64,000 bases of DNA from Curvularia clavata (GCA_023920165.1 CP089279.1:930001-994000); one strand, 5' to 3'. Positions 45,825 through 58,761 are shown, counted from the stretch's first letter. Program-made: numbers and translations. Notes: generated by a model from the letters alone, not told the origin.

Positions 45825-47198
45825 ATGAACGACAAGGATCCGCCGCCATTTGGCTGTATGCGAGCTTCCTTTCTCTTCCATCCAGCAGCTTCAACCGAAC
45901 TGACTTGCGGCGCAGACACCTTCTCTGACGACTTCTTCGACAGCTCCGTCCCTCACTACGACAACAATGGCCAGTCGCTGCTGACAGACACCGAGAACCA
46001 GCAGCTCGACAACTTCTTCTCTTCCACTAACCCCTTCGACCTCCTCGATCCTCACGCCCTTCCGCCCGCGCTTGACGACAAGGCGAGTGCTCACGACTAC
46101 AACAACTGGGAAGAATTTATTGCGCCACCCACCGTCCACCGCGTCACCAGCACCATACCAGACCAAGCCCGCCTCCAAAACACCTTCCACCAAGAACCGC
46201 ATCACGCCCCATCATCTTCCCTCCACAACACCTTTCTCGGCAACACGGACGACGAGCTCCAGGCAGCCGCCACCCTCTTCAACAATGCGCAGCCCTCGTA
46301 CTCAAACGGTCGGATGCATAGCTTCTCCGAGCAGCCGGCGGCGAGCACCAATTTCTTGGCAAACGTCGCATCCGACTTGAACCAGGCCACCTTGCCTATG
46401 GCCATCCAACCGCATGGTCTTTTGAATCAGCGTATGGCGTCGTTGCTACCGAGTCACAGTGGTCATTCATTGGACCCCCAGTTTCCAACACAGTGGGCAG
46501 GCAAAGCCCCACACCACCATCAGCCCGACTTTGGCCCGCCTCTGCAAAAGGTCGACCTAAAGAGGTCGTATACCTTTGGGACGGACAACTCTTTCAACAG
46601 TCCGTCCGGCTATTCCGGCCCAAACAGCCGCTCGGCCGAACGTAGCGCGGCAAGGCATTCAATACACGATGTGGATGAGACCCACACACATCTGTTGCGA
46701 GCGGTGGCAGGTATCGACGCAACACAGACCAGCCCAGCCGCTTACCACGATAAATCTTCCGGTCTTGCTGCTGCATCACGCGACGAAGACGACGAGCAGT
46801 CGGATGACTCGGCCTCGCAGGAAGAGCAGGACGACCGACCAGCAAAGAAGCGGAAGAAGAGTCAAGCCCAGCCTGGAAAGGAAACCCCGAAAAAGGCTGC
46901 CCGCAATGGAAAAGCTCGCAAGGCTTCCATGGCTGACGAGAGCAAGCGGAAACGGGCCTCTACAACAACACATAAGACACACCGCGAAAACCTAACTGAA
47001 GAACAAAAACGAAACAATCACATCCTTTCCGAGCAGAAGCGCCGCGACCTGATCAAGCAGGGTTACAAGGACCTCAACGAAGTTGTGCCTGCAGTTCGTG
47101 GTGGGGGGCTGAGCAAGAGTCAGATATTGGTGGAGGCAGCAGCGTTCTTGGAAAAGCTGATCGAGGACAACCTTGCGTATCGGAAAGCACTTGGATAA
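45825..47198 (+). CDS. bHLH transcription factor, Ino4-like; probable 60-nt intron 45856-45915
   Basis: C-terminal RENLTEEQKRNNHILSEQKRRDLIKQGYKDLNEVVPAVRGGGLSKSQILVEAAAFLEKL; NLS PAKKRKK. Confidence 0.85.
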   Translation: MNDKDPPPFGCMRASFLFHPAASTELTCGADTFSDDFFDSSVPHYDNNGQSLLTDTENQQLDNFFSSTNPFDLLDPHALPPALDDKASAHDYNNWEEFIAPPTVHRVTSTIPDQARLQNTFHQEPHHAPSSSLHNTFLGNTDDELQAAATLFNNAQPSYSNGRMHSFSEQPAASTNFLANVASDLNQATLPMAIQPHGLLNQRMASLLPSHSGHSLDPQFPTQWAGKAPHHHQPDFGPPLQKVDLKRSYTFGTDNSFNSPSGYSGPNSRSAERSAARHSIHDVDETHTHLLRAVAGIDATQTSPAAYHDKSSGLAAASRDEDDEQSDDSASQEEQDDRPAKKRKKSQAQPGKETPKKAARNGKARKASMADESKRKRASTTTHKTHRENLTEEQKRNNHILSEQKRRDLIKQGYKDLNEVVPAVRGGGLSKSQILVEAAAFLEKLIEDNLAYRKALG

Positions 47199-47763
47199 TG
47201 GAACGGAAAACAATAATTTTATGCTGCTGGCGACTGATATTAGCATGTTTGCCCAACTGGGCAAAACGTCGTAGGACCGAGGATTATGGCTTCGATGCCA
47301 GGAATCCTCCGCTCATCCCCCGTTCGGGGTAAAAGAGAAGATATCTGGCCTGAGCCCGCACGGGGAGGCAGGCGCCAGAGACTACCAATATGCCTGGGAA
47401 TATATAAAGCGCATTGGTATAGGAAGGACGAAAAAAAAAAGGTCTGCCAAGGCAGGTGGATCTGTAGTAGGATTCATGCGGTCATGAATCAGGAGTTATG
47501 GAGACTGCGATACCCCCTTCTCCCTTATTCTTTTTCGGTTAGGAAGAAGATTTGAAGTATATAAAGACACCAAGTCTGTCGAATATTTTTCAACAAAAAA
47601 AAACAAATGTTTAATTTCAAGATCCTCTCTGCACCATGTTGTCTATGCACGACTAGTATGATAAAGGAAATGATGATGGTCTAGTCGTTTTTTGGAACCT
47701 CCACTGTTCCAACTTTAAGAAAATAAAATCCTCATTTACACCAAACCGAACGAATCTAATCTC

Positions 47764-50210
47764 TCATGCCGTAGCCACCAACGGGGCTCCCGTCTTCCTC
47801 GCCCCTTCCACGGGAATCACCACTCTCATCGCCTCATCCCTTACTCTCGCCGGTCCACTCTCATGCCCCCTCGGTACACCAGGAATCCTCTTCCCCTTGC
47901 CCATACGCGCTCCCCCAGGCCCCAGATTCAATTTCTTGCGTTGTTCAACATAGTCGCAGCGTCCGTAGTCGTTGCAGTATCCCGTCTTACACTTGTTGTT
48001 GCTGCGGCACGGGGCGCCGAGACACGCGTCGGAAGATGTACAAGCGACGCAAGTGCCCCAGGAGCAGTATTCGTCCGCTGAGCAGTGCGTTGACTGTGTA
48101 CAAGGTGAGGCGTGGTGTGCGGGTGGGAGACAGATAGGTGGCGGGGGAGAGATTCCAGATTCCGCGATACGAGAGGAAAGGGAGGAGAAGAGATCAGGTA
48201 GGGAATCCGTGTAGCATTGGCCGTTTACATTGTTTGGATTTGGGGTCGACGAGATGGAATCTCGCTGGGTAGGCAGCGGAATAGGCTCGTTTGGTAAACT
48301 CCTCTTCCTCTTCTTTTCCTGGGAAAAGGGGATGCTGCTACGTGGTGTGCAGGCTCCGCATTTTCCAGCGGAACAACGTAGGTGTGATTGACATGGATTC
48401 TTGCTATTGCACATGTCGCCTATTCTTCCAGGCTGAGACGCTGTGTTGCGAGTGCAGATGTTGTTTTTACACAAGAGATCTGGTGCGCATGCGTCTTGGG
48501 CGTCGCAGAGATGCCCTTCGCAGCCAAAAGTGCAGTCGGCCTGCTCGAGGACGAAGGGGTTGAACGGGATGGAAGTTAGGTTTGAGAGGCCGAGGGGACG
48601 GATTTTCCATTCTTTGTTCGAGGAGCCAGTGATCATGGAGCTGAGCTCTTGGGCCGTTTTCTCGTCTTCGGAGAGGGGCAGGATGGTGAAAGGTGCCGGG
48701 AGGTAAGACGACCAGTCGAAGTTGGAGCGCGCGGTTTGAGCGGCCTTTAGGACTTGTTTTAAGGCGGTCCAGCTGGTGTAAGCGGGGCGGAGGGGGTTGA
48801 TGCGGACTGATTTGCCCTCGTCGACTGTAGTGAGGTGCGAGTATAGCTGCGTTGGTTGGTTAGTATTTCCCGCCGCTTTTTGAGTTCGTTATATAGGTAG
48901 CAGGCGTAGGGAAGAAAACAGACATACCCAAGGTATCCCCCTGTAATTCAATGCATTTCCTTGATCAAATAGGGCTTCTTGCTTGTAAAATAACCCAAAG
49001 TCATTGTTGTGCATATAGCTCCATTCCTCCACGAGGAGTAGCTTGCCTTCACCCCTCTTTTTCCCTTTAGCCCGACTAGTGAGTGTGTTTCCAGGAACAA
49101 ACATTTCAGCCCACGGCGTTCCTGCGGTCTTATCCGCCTGCTTGGAAAAGTACCCATGAATGCCGATAACGTCAATGGCTTTGCAGTCAAATACACTGTC
49201 AGGAAAGTTTTGGAATTGACCTGGCTTCTGGGCTCCGGAGACTCCGCCGCTGATGACAGCGATGTTGGATGAATCCAGTCCAACCTTGAACTTCAAGTGG
49301 GTGGCTATGTCGCAGATCCAGGATTCGCCAGCTGGAATGGGGAAGACGTCACTGAAAGGCTGGTTTTGGATGTCTACGCCCTGTGACGTGTGTTGGACAA
49401 TGCTGTTAATTTACTAATGGGCCTGACTTACGAGAATGACTTCAGATAGCTGACCCCATGAGCGGCCGTCGAAGTTTTTCGAGGGATAGTGCTTGAAGAA
49501 GACTTCGAGGCGCTGTTTGTATAGGTCTCGATCTAGAAAAGGGAGTGGAATGGTCAGTCCTACTTGTTGTCGTTTTGATGAGAATAGACCGGACGTTGAA
49601 CATACACTTTTCTAGGCTGTAAAAATCAAGGAAATACCCATTGAGGTCTTTGCAGTAGGCGTCGCAGGGCACGCCGTTGTCTCCTCGTAGTGCGTGTGCG
49701 TCGTGTGGGGCAATGATGACCTTCATCTGACCTATGCTTTGTTAGCAATGAAGATACCAAAGCACGCTTTTGAACAGATAGAGTGATCTTACCCTTGGAA
49801 AGGTGGTGAATGGCAGCCAGTGTATCGTCAAATTGATCAAGCAACGACTTGTCGAATGCGCCTAGCTCATTCTCAGGCTGTATAAATTAGCACCACGGCG
49901 ACATCACGCTTTCTTCAAAGTTCGCCTCTTACATCTGGGTGAAGATCATCTGGACGAACTATAGGATGGTTAGTATATGATTGTTGGCTCGAGTGCAACA
50001 TTGCATACTGAACAACCGTATGACTCTGGCGCCGCTTTTGACGATTTCTTTGATAGTATTGTCTCTGTGCTCTGGGGAAAAGAACTGCAACTGCGGATAG
50101 TTGACACCGCCAAAAGAATGATGATTAGCTGTAATTCGCAGGCTGGCAGCAACGGGTCTTGTCCATGTCGCCAGCGACACGAGTGTTACGAGAAGAGTTG
50201 AGAAGATCAT
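47764..50210 (-). CDS. Secreted GH5-fold (clan GH-A) protein with C-terminal Cys-rich repeats; exons 50210-50009, 49958-49933, 49877-49793, 49731-49606, 49532-49432, 49380-48928, 48846-47764
   Basis: Signal peptide, FGGVNY, GARVIRLF, KVIIAPHD, DIQNQP, DVIGIHGY, LLVEEW, GIPWLY; six canonical introns keep the frame; Cys-rich C-terminus. Confidence 0.8.
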
Positions 50211-51078
50211 CCTTGCTCAGGATAGCCACATGAACAAGTTGGAGGACCAAATTGTCAAATCTTGTCTACTACGCCGCCATATAAGCCTTTTACAGCCATG
50301 TGGACACGTATAGGCGATACCGCTCATGGGCATGCTTTCAACGGCCGCTAGTTATAGTGTTTGTGATATTGAGGTTATTCATATATGTATATTAATTGCG
50401 GTGCTTTGTGCAGCCAATCACGTGGCGCTTGAGCTTAAAGCCGACAGGGATATGAACCATGACAATGGAGTAACGGCATTGACTAAGACGGAGTGACGGA
50501 CCATGTGAGAAGCAGATTGGCATCGACGCGATCGACTTTGCGGCTACCTACAATGACCGGGAAAGTCGCCGAAAGGAGAAAGATGGGGTTGGCTAGTGAA
50601 GACGAAGCAGAAAGACCTCGTGACCGTATTGGTTTGAGTATGCAGCATAGATCAAGTCACTCATATACTACTTTGAATCACGCAAAGGTTTGTTAGTACA
50701 TTGGTGTCTCGCTCGAGGTGATTCTTGAGACGCGGGGTCGCATCAGCCTCCGGATGCCGCGCCTAGTGGCCGCCGCTATACTCCGTATCCAAAATGACGG
50801 CAACGAGTGAGATTCAGGTTTCAAGCCCTATGCTTGTACGTCTGTGACCATCTCAGGATTCTCAAGAACTGGAGAATGCCGCCGCGACAGTCCCTCTGAA
50901 TGGATGCTTATGCAACGTTTCCTAGGGTGTGTATCCAGCATTGGTGAGAACAGAAGACACTGGTGTGTCGCATTTGCAAAGCTTGTGTCCCCTGTAGGTA
51001 AACAATACGATGAGGCAGCAGATGCAGACCAGTCTCTGTTACAGGAGAGATTGTATCGGTGATGACTGTCCACGCTCT

Positions 51079-51707
51079 TCACCCTGCTGGCTTCCCACAA
51101 ACAGTCTCCAGTTGCTTTAGTGTTACCATGACTTCCTCTCCGAGACTTTCACCGCTGGTTGATGGAGCAAAGCGGCCATGTCGTAGATCGCTGAGTGTCC
51201 CAACTACCTCTTGGACCTCACGCAAGACGTCTTCGTTCTGCTGCTCTATTTCCGCAATCTGTGCCTCGAGACTCTGGCAAGCTTCCTCGATGTCGGAGTG
51301 GACGGTCTGTAGCGTGTGCGGTTTCTTACGACCCTCGCCGGATAGCTGCTCACTGTGTAAGCTAATGATGGTGCGTCAAGCGTCATTGTAGACAATACTT
51401 CTTCTTCCATCTGTAGTGCGATGGGGTCTAGTCCAGCGACATTTGCATTGTCCACCTGGCGCCTCTCCCGCGCATACTCGCGCCTCAGCTGTTTGGAGCG
51501 TTTGACCTCTTCGGCAATGTCCCGGCGGACGAGTTCAATGTCTTTGTCGCGCAACCTTTGGAGTTCACGGTAGATATCCTGAACAGCTGGGTTTCCACGG
51601 TGAGCTCGGGGGAATATGTCGGTGAACTCGCGGAGGGTGATGAAGTCGCGCAGGGGAGCAGGTGTTAGTAGAAAGTCTCCCAGAATTTTCGCTTCTTGCG
51701 AGGTCAT
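51079..51707 (-). CDS. Cnl2/Nkp2-family kinetochore protein; exons 51707-51399, 51345-51079
   Basis: MTSQEAKILGDFLLTPAPLRDFITLREFTDIFP...YRELQRLR...VGTLSDLRHGRF matches the family pattern as I recall it. Confidence 0.8.
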
Positions 51708-51777
51708 GGTTGGTATAGTGGCTATGGAGTGACAGGGCAGTGTCCTTGGTGGGATGCTGTTCGAAGAGGAGCACCCG

Positions 51778-51788
51778 ACGCGACGCGT
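51778..51788. promoter_or_regulatory. Tandem MCB-like elements (ACGCGA/ACGCGT) in the Cnl2-EAF3 divergent promoter
   Basis: cgACGCGACGCGTgc about 75 nt upstream of the kinetochore gene start; motif match only. Confidence 0.35.
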
Positions 51789-52063
51789 GCTGGCCCGTGC
51801 GAGAAAAGACTCCCGTGAAGAGCGTCTGCGACAACATCGTAGCAAACGTCGATAGAATATCTTTAAGTAGGCTCATCCATTGACTCTTGGTTCTCGGTGC
51901 CATTAACTTCTACGTTGTCGCGGCAGTCATCTTCTTTCGGTGATTGTTACTTGCAGGGGGCACGCGATACGTGGTGAATCTCGCGCACCTTTTACTCTTT
52001 CCCTTCTGCCTGCCAAACACTTCAAACACTTCGACATCAAAACCGACAGACATCATCGCAATC

Positions 52064-53369
52064 ATGGCACCCGCCGCTGCATCAGAAGCGGCATTCAGAA
52101 AAGACGAGAAAGTGTTCTGTTTCCATCACGAACTGCTCTATGAGGCCAAGGTTCTCGAAGTCCGACCCGTCGCGGGCGACGAGAAGAAGAATGGCTTCGA
52201 GTATCGGGTGCACTACAAGGGCTGGAAGAACACGTACGTATTGTCTACTTGATCCATTTGGCTTCTCCTTGATGCCACTGCATATCCGACTGCCTCAGTC
52301 ACGTTCGCCTTTCCCCACATGCACTTCAGCCCCCCTATCTCAACCACGGTACCACTGCGTCCGAGATGGGTCTATACAATCCCGCAAGCATCAACTTTGA
52401 TCACCCACGCTTTTTGGCCTGTGTCTGAGACCGAAAACTAACATTTTGCAGCTGGGACGACTGGGTTCCCGAAGATCGGCTTCGCAAGCTCACACCCGAG
52501 AACCGGGAGTTGGCTAACAACCTGAGGCACGAAATGCTGGCTGCCCAACGCGCCGCAAGAGCTCAGCCCGCGCCTGCTAAAAAGAAGGCCCAAGGCTCAG
52601 TTCGTGGCAGCGAAGAGCGACAGAGTTCGGTCACTGCTGCGCCTCGCGGCCAAAAGAGGGTACGCGACAATGACCTTGAAAAGGTACGTAGTATCCGCAA
52701 GCCCGGGCGGCTTCTTGGCCCTTGAACTGCTAGCTAATGAACCACAGGAGGAGACTTTCCAGAACAAGCTCGCTGTCAGGATTTACATGCCAGACAGGCT
52801 AAAGAGTCTTCTCGTTGATGATTGGGAAAACATTACCAAGAATCTGCAGCTTGTGCAGCTGCCTTCAGCGCATCCGGCAGGTGTTATTCTCGATGAGTAT
52901 CAGAAGTATGCCATTCAGACCGGAGCCCGCAGCAGCACCGAGCGCGACATTCTTGAAGAAGTCATTGCCGGCCTAAAAGAGTACTTCAACAAGAGCGTTG
53001 GACGTCTCCTTTTGTACCGCTTCGAGCGCGAGCAGTTCTATGACATCTGGACGCGCATCCAACAGCCCACTGACGAGCTCGCGGGTAAGCAGCTTACCGA
53101 CATCTACGGGGGCGAGCACCTTCTGCGTCTTCTGGGTAAGTAACATTGAGAACACTTTTGGCTTGATGACTAACGTGCTGGCTGCAGTTACCATGCCTGA
53201 ACTCATCGCCCAGACCAACATGGATCATCAGGCTGTCACTCGGTTACGTGAGGAACTCAGCCAAATGACCACATGGCTTTCCAAGGACGCGCAGATCAAT
53301 ACGTTCTTTGTACCAACGTATGAGAGCCCTGGACAAGCCTATATCGACAAGGTCAAGTCCAGCACGTAG
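52064..53369 (+). CDS. EAF3: Chromodomain/MRG protein Eaf3 (NuA4/Rpd3S); exons 52064-52233, 52452-52683, 52748-53135, 53188-53369
   Basis: Chromo-barrel CFHHELLYEAKVL...YRVHYKGWKNTWDDWV and MRG domain LVDDWENITK...LLYRFEREQ...IYGGEHLLRL. Confidence 0.95.
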
Positions 53370-53629
53370 TAGAGCGCTGGCCACGACTCAAGCGACTCTG
53401 AGCACGCAGAAGCTTGTACCCTGATTATTTTCTTGACTCACTCTGACACAAGTGTACTATGATTACTGCATGGATGTGGGGCATTGTTTGGATGGCGCAC
53501 TGGCGTTTGTGGTTGGAAGGGCCTGGGATGGGATTGTACTGGCGATGCCAGCATTTTCTCTCGACACAGATTCTAGCCTATTAATACACGTTTCGCACAT
53601 GAGCCATTCTGGCCTTGTGTTATGCGATA

Positions 53630-54373
53630 TCATGATTTTTTGATCACATCTCTCAAGACCCCAATAGCCCAGGTTAGGCACTTGGCCATGTTCTCCTCGG
53701 CCTCCCTGGGCATGCCGTGAATATCAGCATCTTGGCAGGCCTTCTTGTCAAGCTCCCCGTTGATATCGCCGTTCTCAAACAAGAAGCGGTGGTCGTGGAC
53801 ATAGTTGGGCCACACAATCTTGTCTACATAGCCCGGAGGGTCTTGCCAGAAGCCTTCGAGGGTCACGTAGCCGCTCCTGGCCTCGCGCCGTCGCTTTGCA
53901 GTCTCGTAGCTAGTTCTTAGGAAAAGACGTACGTCGAACATGGAGCGTATATCTTGCATATCCTGGGAGAAGAGCAGAAAGCCATCAACAATACATATCC
54001 GCCTGTCGCTCCACTCGGGCTTGGACTCGAACAGACTGGCAATTTCCTCCCGCAGCCTCTGGATCTCGGCCTCTGGCACGCCATGCTCACCGACGCTGTT
54101 CTGGTCCTCCTGACTGACTAGCCAATCTGGACTCTTGCCCTGCGTCTTGATGTGATGCAGGGCCTCTTTGAGCGCAGGCAGATTGAGCGACTCGACGCAA
54201 TCCCAGTCCTGGACTCCGTTCTTGACGGGGATTTGAGCATCGGTTAGGTAGAAGTCGTCGAGATGCAGGATGAAGAGCTTGGAAGGGGGAAATACATCCC
54301 GCAACAGGCGTGACAGGGTCGTTTTGCCGGAGGAAGAGGGGCCGGATATGCCGACGAGGAGTGGTGAAGCCAT
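53630..54373 (-). CDS. NRK1: Nicotinamide riboside kinase
   Basis: P-loop GISGPSSSGKTT, HLDDFY, DWDC, IVDGFLL, RREARSGYVTLEGFWQDPPGY. Confidence 0.9.
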   Translation of the reverse strand: MASPLLVGISGPSSSGKTTLSRLLRDVFPPSKLFILHLDDFYLTDAQIPVKNGVQDWDCVESLNLPALKEALHHIKTQGKSPDWLVSQEDQNSVGEHGVPEAEIQRLREEIASLFESKPEWSDRRICIVDGFLLFSQDMQDIRSMFDVRLFLRTSYETAKRRREARSGYVTLEGFWQDPPGYVDKIVWPNYVHDHRFLFENGDINGELDKKACQDADIHGMPREAEENMAKCLTWAIGVLRDVIKKS

Positions 54374-54628
54374 GTCCACGGTGGCTGTACTGACCGGAAC
54401 CAGTGTGTATATCGGGTACCTTGGCGGTACTAGCGTACGGTACCTGGGATGAGAGATGCTTGATATGCACTTTGATGTCCCCCACGTGTGAAATGGTGGG
54501 GCAACGGATCGCCCCACGGCCCGCTAGCTACGTAGTGCCATACGTCGCCGTGTCTGCGACGCGACTCCAACTGCGATATTCTATGTCATCCCGACTGTAT
54601 TGCGCCTGATCAGCCCTACCCCTCAGCC

Positions 54629-56767
54629 ATGGAGCCGTCGCCTCTGACCCAGGACTCGCGGCCGCAGATTTTCCAACCCAAGATCATCCACCTCTACGAA
54701 ACTCTCTTCAAGGTGCGCTAGTCTCGAATGCGCCCGGCCACTACTGACATCCTGCAGCAAACCGACGATGAATCAGTCGAGCCCTCCGAAGGATTCTGGC
54801 AAGAGTTTTTTCTGCATAAGCCAGAGCCTGCCGGCCTGAAGCGTGTCCTGGCTTCAACAGCGCCTGACGAGATGCTACACCAACAAGCCAACTCGCAGCA
54901 GCTTTTCCGCCAGGCCATTCTGCGCATCAAGCAAGCCAAAGCCCCGGCCGACGACATTGCCCTCGAGGTACGCTACGCCGTACGCACACAGAAGCCGCAT
55001 GCGCTTACCGCTTAGACCTTGACAGTCTTCCTCGACGCCGCCCTTGCTAAGAAATACACCAACCCAAGCTCCGACATTATCTCGGTTCTCGCTGGTCTGA
55101 ACGATGCCGACGCTGTCATGACCGACTTTGTCGCCACACTTGACACAGCCATACGCAATGGACGCGATATATCGACACGCCAAAGGGCTGTGCGTGCTGC
55201 TCTCGCCATGACTGCTGCTGGGTTTCAGACAGCACTTCCATCTTACTTCACTCACCGGGACCTGTTCCCCGCACTTGTCAAGGTATGTCAGAAAAACAGC
55301 CATTGGATTATCTGTATGCCTCCTTACCGACCAATAGTACACCCACGACTGCGAAAATAGTACAGATGTTCTGCCTGCCCTCTACCTCCTCGGCCTGCTC
55401 TCCAACTACAACAAATTTGAGTTCCAGAACCCGTACAGACTGCGACTGGAAGATTTTGTGAATGACGCAATTATACAAGATATGATAGCATGTCTTGGGA
55501 GCACTTGCAAGGCCCTGAGGGATGCCTACGTAGCTGTCCAGGACGATATGCCTGAGGGGTGGACGCTGGGGTCGACGTTGAGCTACATAGGCTTGGGCGC
55601 GCTCGCTCCCAACTCTCGGCCTGCGTCACCTGTCCCTCCGCCCCAGGACGAAGCCAAGTCGCTCTTTGCTGCGCTGTGAGTCCATTCTCTCTAACATACT
55701 GACAGTGGCTGATTGTCAAAGACCTGGACCGGAAGCTGGAATATTACTCTGCGCCTTTGACTTTGCAAACGCTAATAAGGTTTTCTGCTACAACATGGTC
55801 ACATTCGGGCTGGGAAACAAGAGTCAACCCTCTCCTTTTAGCGAGTTTCTCTCCTTGACCTCCTACATGTTTCAGCATGCGCATCGGACTACCAGGGCCG
55901 CCTCGTACGCATATCTCAATCTGTTCGTCTTACAGATTTTAGTCGAGGACCAGACGCTATGCAAACGCCTGTGCAATGACGAAACGAAGCTTTCGGTGCG
56001 CCTCTGTCGTCAAAGACAGCCCTATCTCCCAGTAGTAAAGGGCGAACGAGTCCCTGCAGCCATCATTCTCGACATGATGTCTGATGCCATCAGTCACAAC
56101 CTGCGCAGGCGATTGGATGTAGATTTCTACGTGTATGTTTTGTGATTCCGCCTCGAATGCCTCGCTGACATTACACAGTTTATGCCTCGGTGTTCTCTTG
56201 CGACTGCTCTCGTACCTCAGTCGTGCCAAAGCCCGCATCACATACCACTGGTCAGAGCTTTGGAGGACCTTACTCTCCTTTGTTCGCTTCCTTACAAACT
56301 ACGAGAGCGACATCAAATCAAACTACAAGTCGAATGGCATGATCACTCTCTTGGTCAACCTCTTGGCCTTTGCCCTTTCCAGCGGAGAGAACTTCCTCCC
56401 TGACGCCGCGGCATACGATGATCTGTTCTACAAACTTGTTGAGAGTGGTGACATTCTTATTAAATTCAGAGATGCCTTTGGTCTGTCTGGCCAGGCTGAT
56501 TCGATGCAAACACTCATCAACGTCTCGTCTCACTATCACACCTTGCTTGAAGAGAAAGGCAAGTCCCGCAGCAAACATCTAAGTCCTCAAGAAGTCCACG
56601 CTGTGATCAAACAGGGTTACGAAACCCTGTCCATTGACGCGAGCGAAGGCTTAGATCGGTGGGAAAAGTTCCGTGAAGCGGATCTAAAACCTATTCTGAA
56701 GAAGATTGCGAGGGTTGCAGTAGAAGATGCAAAAGCTTTGAGTTATGAAAGCTCAGGCCAGCATTGA
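54629..56767 (+). CDS. ARMH3/C10orf76-like (DUF1741) armadillo-helical protein; exons 54629-54712, 54758-54967, 55016-55282, 55338-55675, 55722-56132, 56179-56767
   Basis: PKIIHLYETLF, FWQEFFL, LLSNYNKFEFQNPY, LCRQR, HNLRRRLD, YHWSELW, YDDLFYKLV motifs; five in-frame introns. Confidence 0.85.
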
Positions 56768-57187
56768 ATGACAGCCGTTCCAGCACCACCAGCAGCGACC
56801 GGATGTACATGAAACCATTTGGATTCCTCATTAGTAGTACAAATGCAAAGTACTAGTGACAAGCACCTACTTGGGAGCGTGTGTTCTCTGTCTCTGGTAC
56901 CAGGGCCCCGTTGGGGCGATTACGTGCTGAATACGTTCAGGTTGCGTCTGTTGGCTTCCCTACTCGGTACAACCAAACCACGACTCCTCAAATACATGTC
57001 AGTTTTAGAGCCTCGAACATGGCTACCGGTGTCGATCATGCATCACATGAATGAATACATTACCCTTGATCCCTTACTATCATCACGCAACGTTGCATCA
57101 TCTGACCCTGAGTCCAATGGTGATTCTTCTTAATGTACTGAAGCATCTTTCTGTTTCCTCTCACATCTTGAATCGGCGCCTGCAAGA

Positions 57188-58761
57188 ATGGCTACCATGA
57201 CACCTCTTGTGGGTGAAAACACGATGGAGCGGAGCACAAAGGTATGTGACATGTTTTGTATGGAGACGTTGTATTGACGCTAGACTAGGGTTTACAGCCA
57301 GTTGCACCAGCACATATACGAGCAGCAGATGATAGTGCAGCGGAATCCGCAGATATAGGCACTACCGTTTGGGGCGGGAGCGGAGCCACGCAACCATCCC
57401 CCACACCTACTTCTCTACTTGATTTTAATTTTTCTCAGAAGTTGGTCACACCCGCAGGCTACCACCTGGGCCCTAATGGCGAAGGCTGGCGGTCTTCCCG
57501 CTCTTCTCTCTCCAGACATCGTCCCGATGCTTCAGGAGTATCTTCACCTAGGAGGGATAACCCTAAGACGTCGGGATTTGCAGCAGGTCTTGGTGTGCCA
57601 ACACCAAAGACCAAGCCGGACTACGAGGTTGTCACTGAGTATCAAGGGCTGAAGCTTGGACATATCAATGATGCCGTGCCGTATTGTACGTGGGCTTTCT
57701 ACTACTAGAAGGATTGTTGCTAATACAAGTTTTCGAATCCAGTACTCGGTCCACGCAGCATTATCGACAGGATTCAGGTCGTACTTGAACACGAGCTTCA
57801 TTTTAACAAGACATCTTCTGACGAGACCGACACATCTCAGGATATCCAGCAGCCTGCCTATACGGACCGTGACAAAGCACTCATGGCCATCCTGACATCC
57901 CTCCGCACCCCCGAATTCGTGCGTATCGAAAAAGGGGACTGGTATCCTCAAGGTCTAGCCGCTCGCAACGACGCTCTTCTGCTCTACAAGAACACTGCCA
58001 AAAGCGGTGTCCGCACCGTCCACGTCACTCTTGCCGACTACGTGAACATGGCACAATCCTGGCTTCTCTCGCCCAACCCAACCAATCTCTACGGTGATTC
58101 TCCCAACACCAAAAACCCCTGGTCCCAAATCGCCGCCTCTCTTCGCGCAAGAGACGTCGACGTATCCAAGATCGACCTGGAAACCTACCTCAGCCTAACC
58201 AACGACCTCGAGGGCCCAGTTCTCACAAGCAAACTCGATGAAATTGCCCAGTGGGCCAAAGACGGGACACTCGACGAGCGTTACACCGCATTCAAGGCAA
58301 GTCAAACCGCCACTCAGGAAGCACGACGCGGCGCAAGTCCTTTGACCACCGACCCCAACACCAGCAAGCCCTCATCCCCTACATTCGGCAGACCCGACGC
58401 CCTGTACTCTAAGCGCTTCACACACGAGTACCCGCTCGGCCGCTCCTCGACCTCACCCACCCATCACCACCACCATCATCATCACCATTCGCGCCCCCAC
58501 CGCCGCGACAAAGACGCCGAACAGCAGGCCGTGGCAAACGCCGAGCGCATGTGGTTTTCCCGCGGCACAAATGGCAGGGGTGCAAACAGAGGTGCGTTGG
58601 CTGAGGCGCAGTGTGAGGAAAAGCAAACTTTGAAGAAGAAGAGGCACAAGATTGTGTTTGTTAGCTGCATGGTGATATTGATTGGTGGGGCGGTTGGGGC
58701 TATGCTGTGGGCGATGGGGACGAGGAGGTGGGACTTTACGGCTGATGCGCAGACGGGGTGA
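57188..58761 (+). CDS. Hypothetical protein with poly-His tract and C-terminal TM anchor; exons 57188-57241, 57289-57685, 57744-58761
   Basis: Two canonical introns join ORFs 57442 and 57883 without stops; ends KKKRHKIVFVSCMVILIGGAVGAMLWAMGTRRW. Confidence 0.75.

Noticed and set aside
39659..50210. Two GH5-fold genes plus a bHLH as a polysaccharide-utilisation cluster
   Set aside because: The intervening genes appear unrelated and there is no sugar transporter; proximity alone is not enough.
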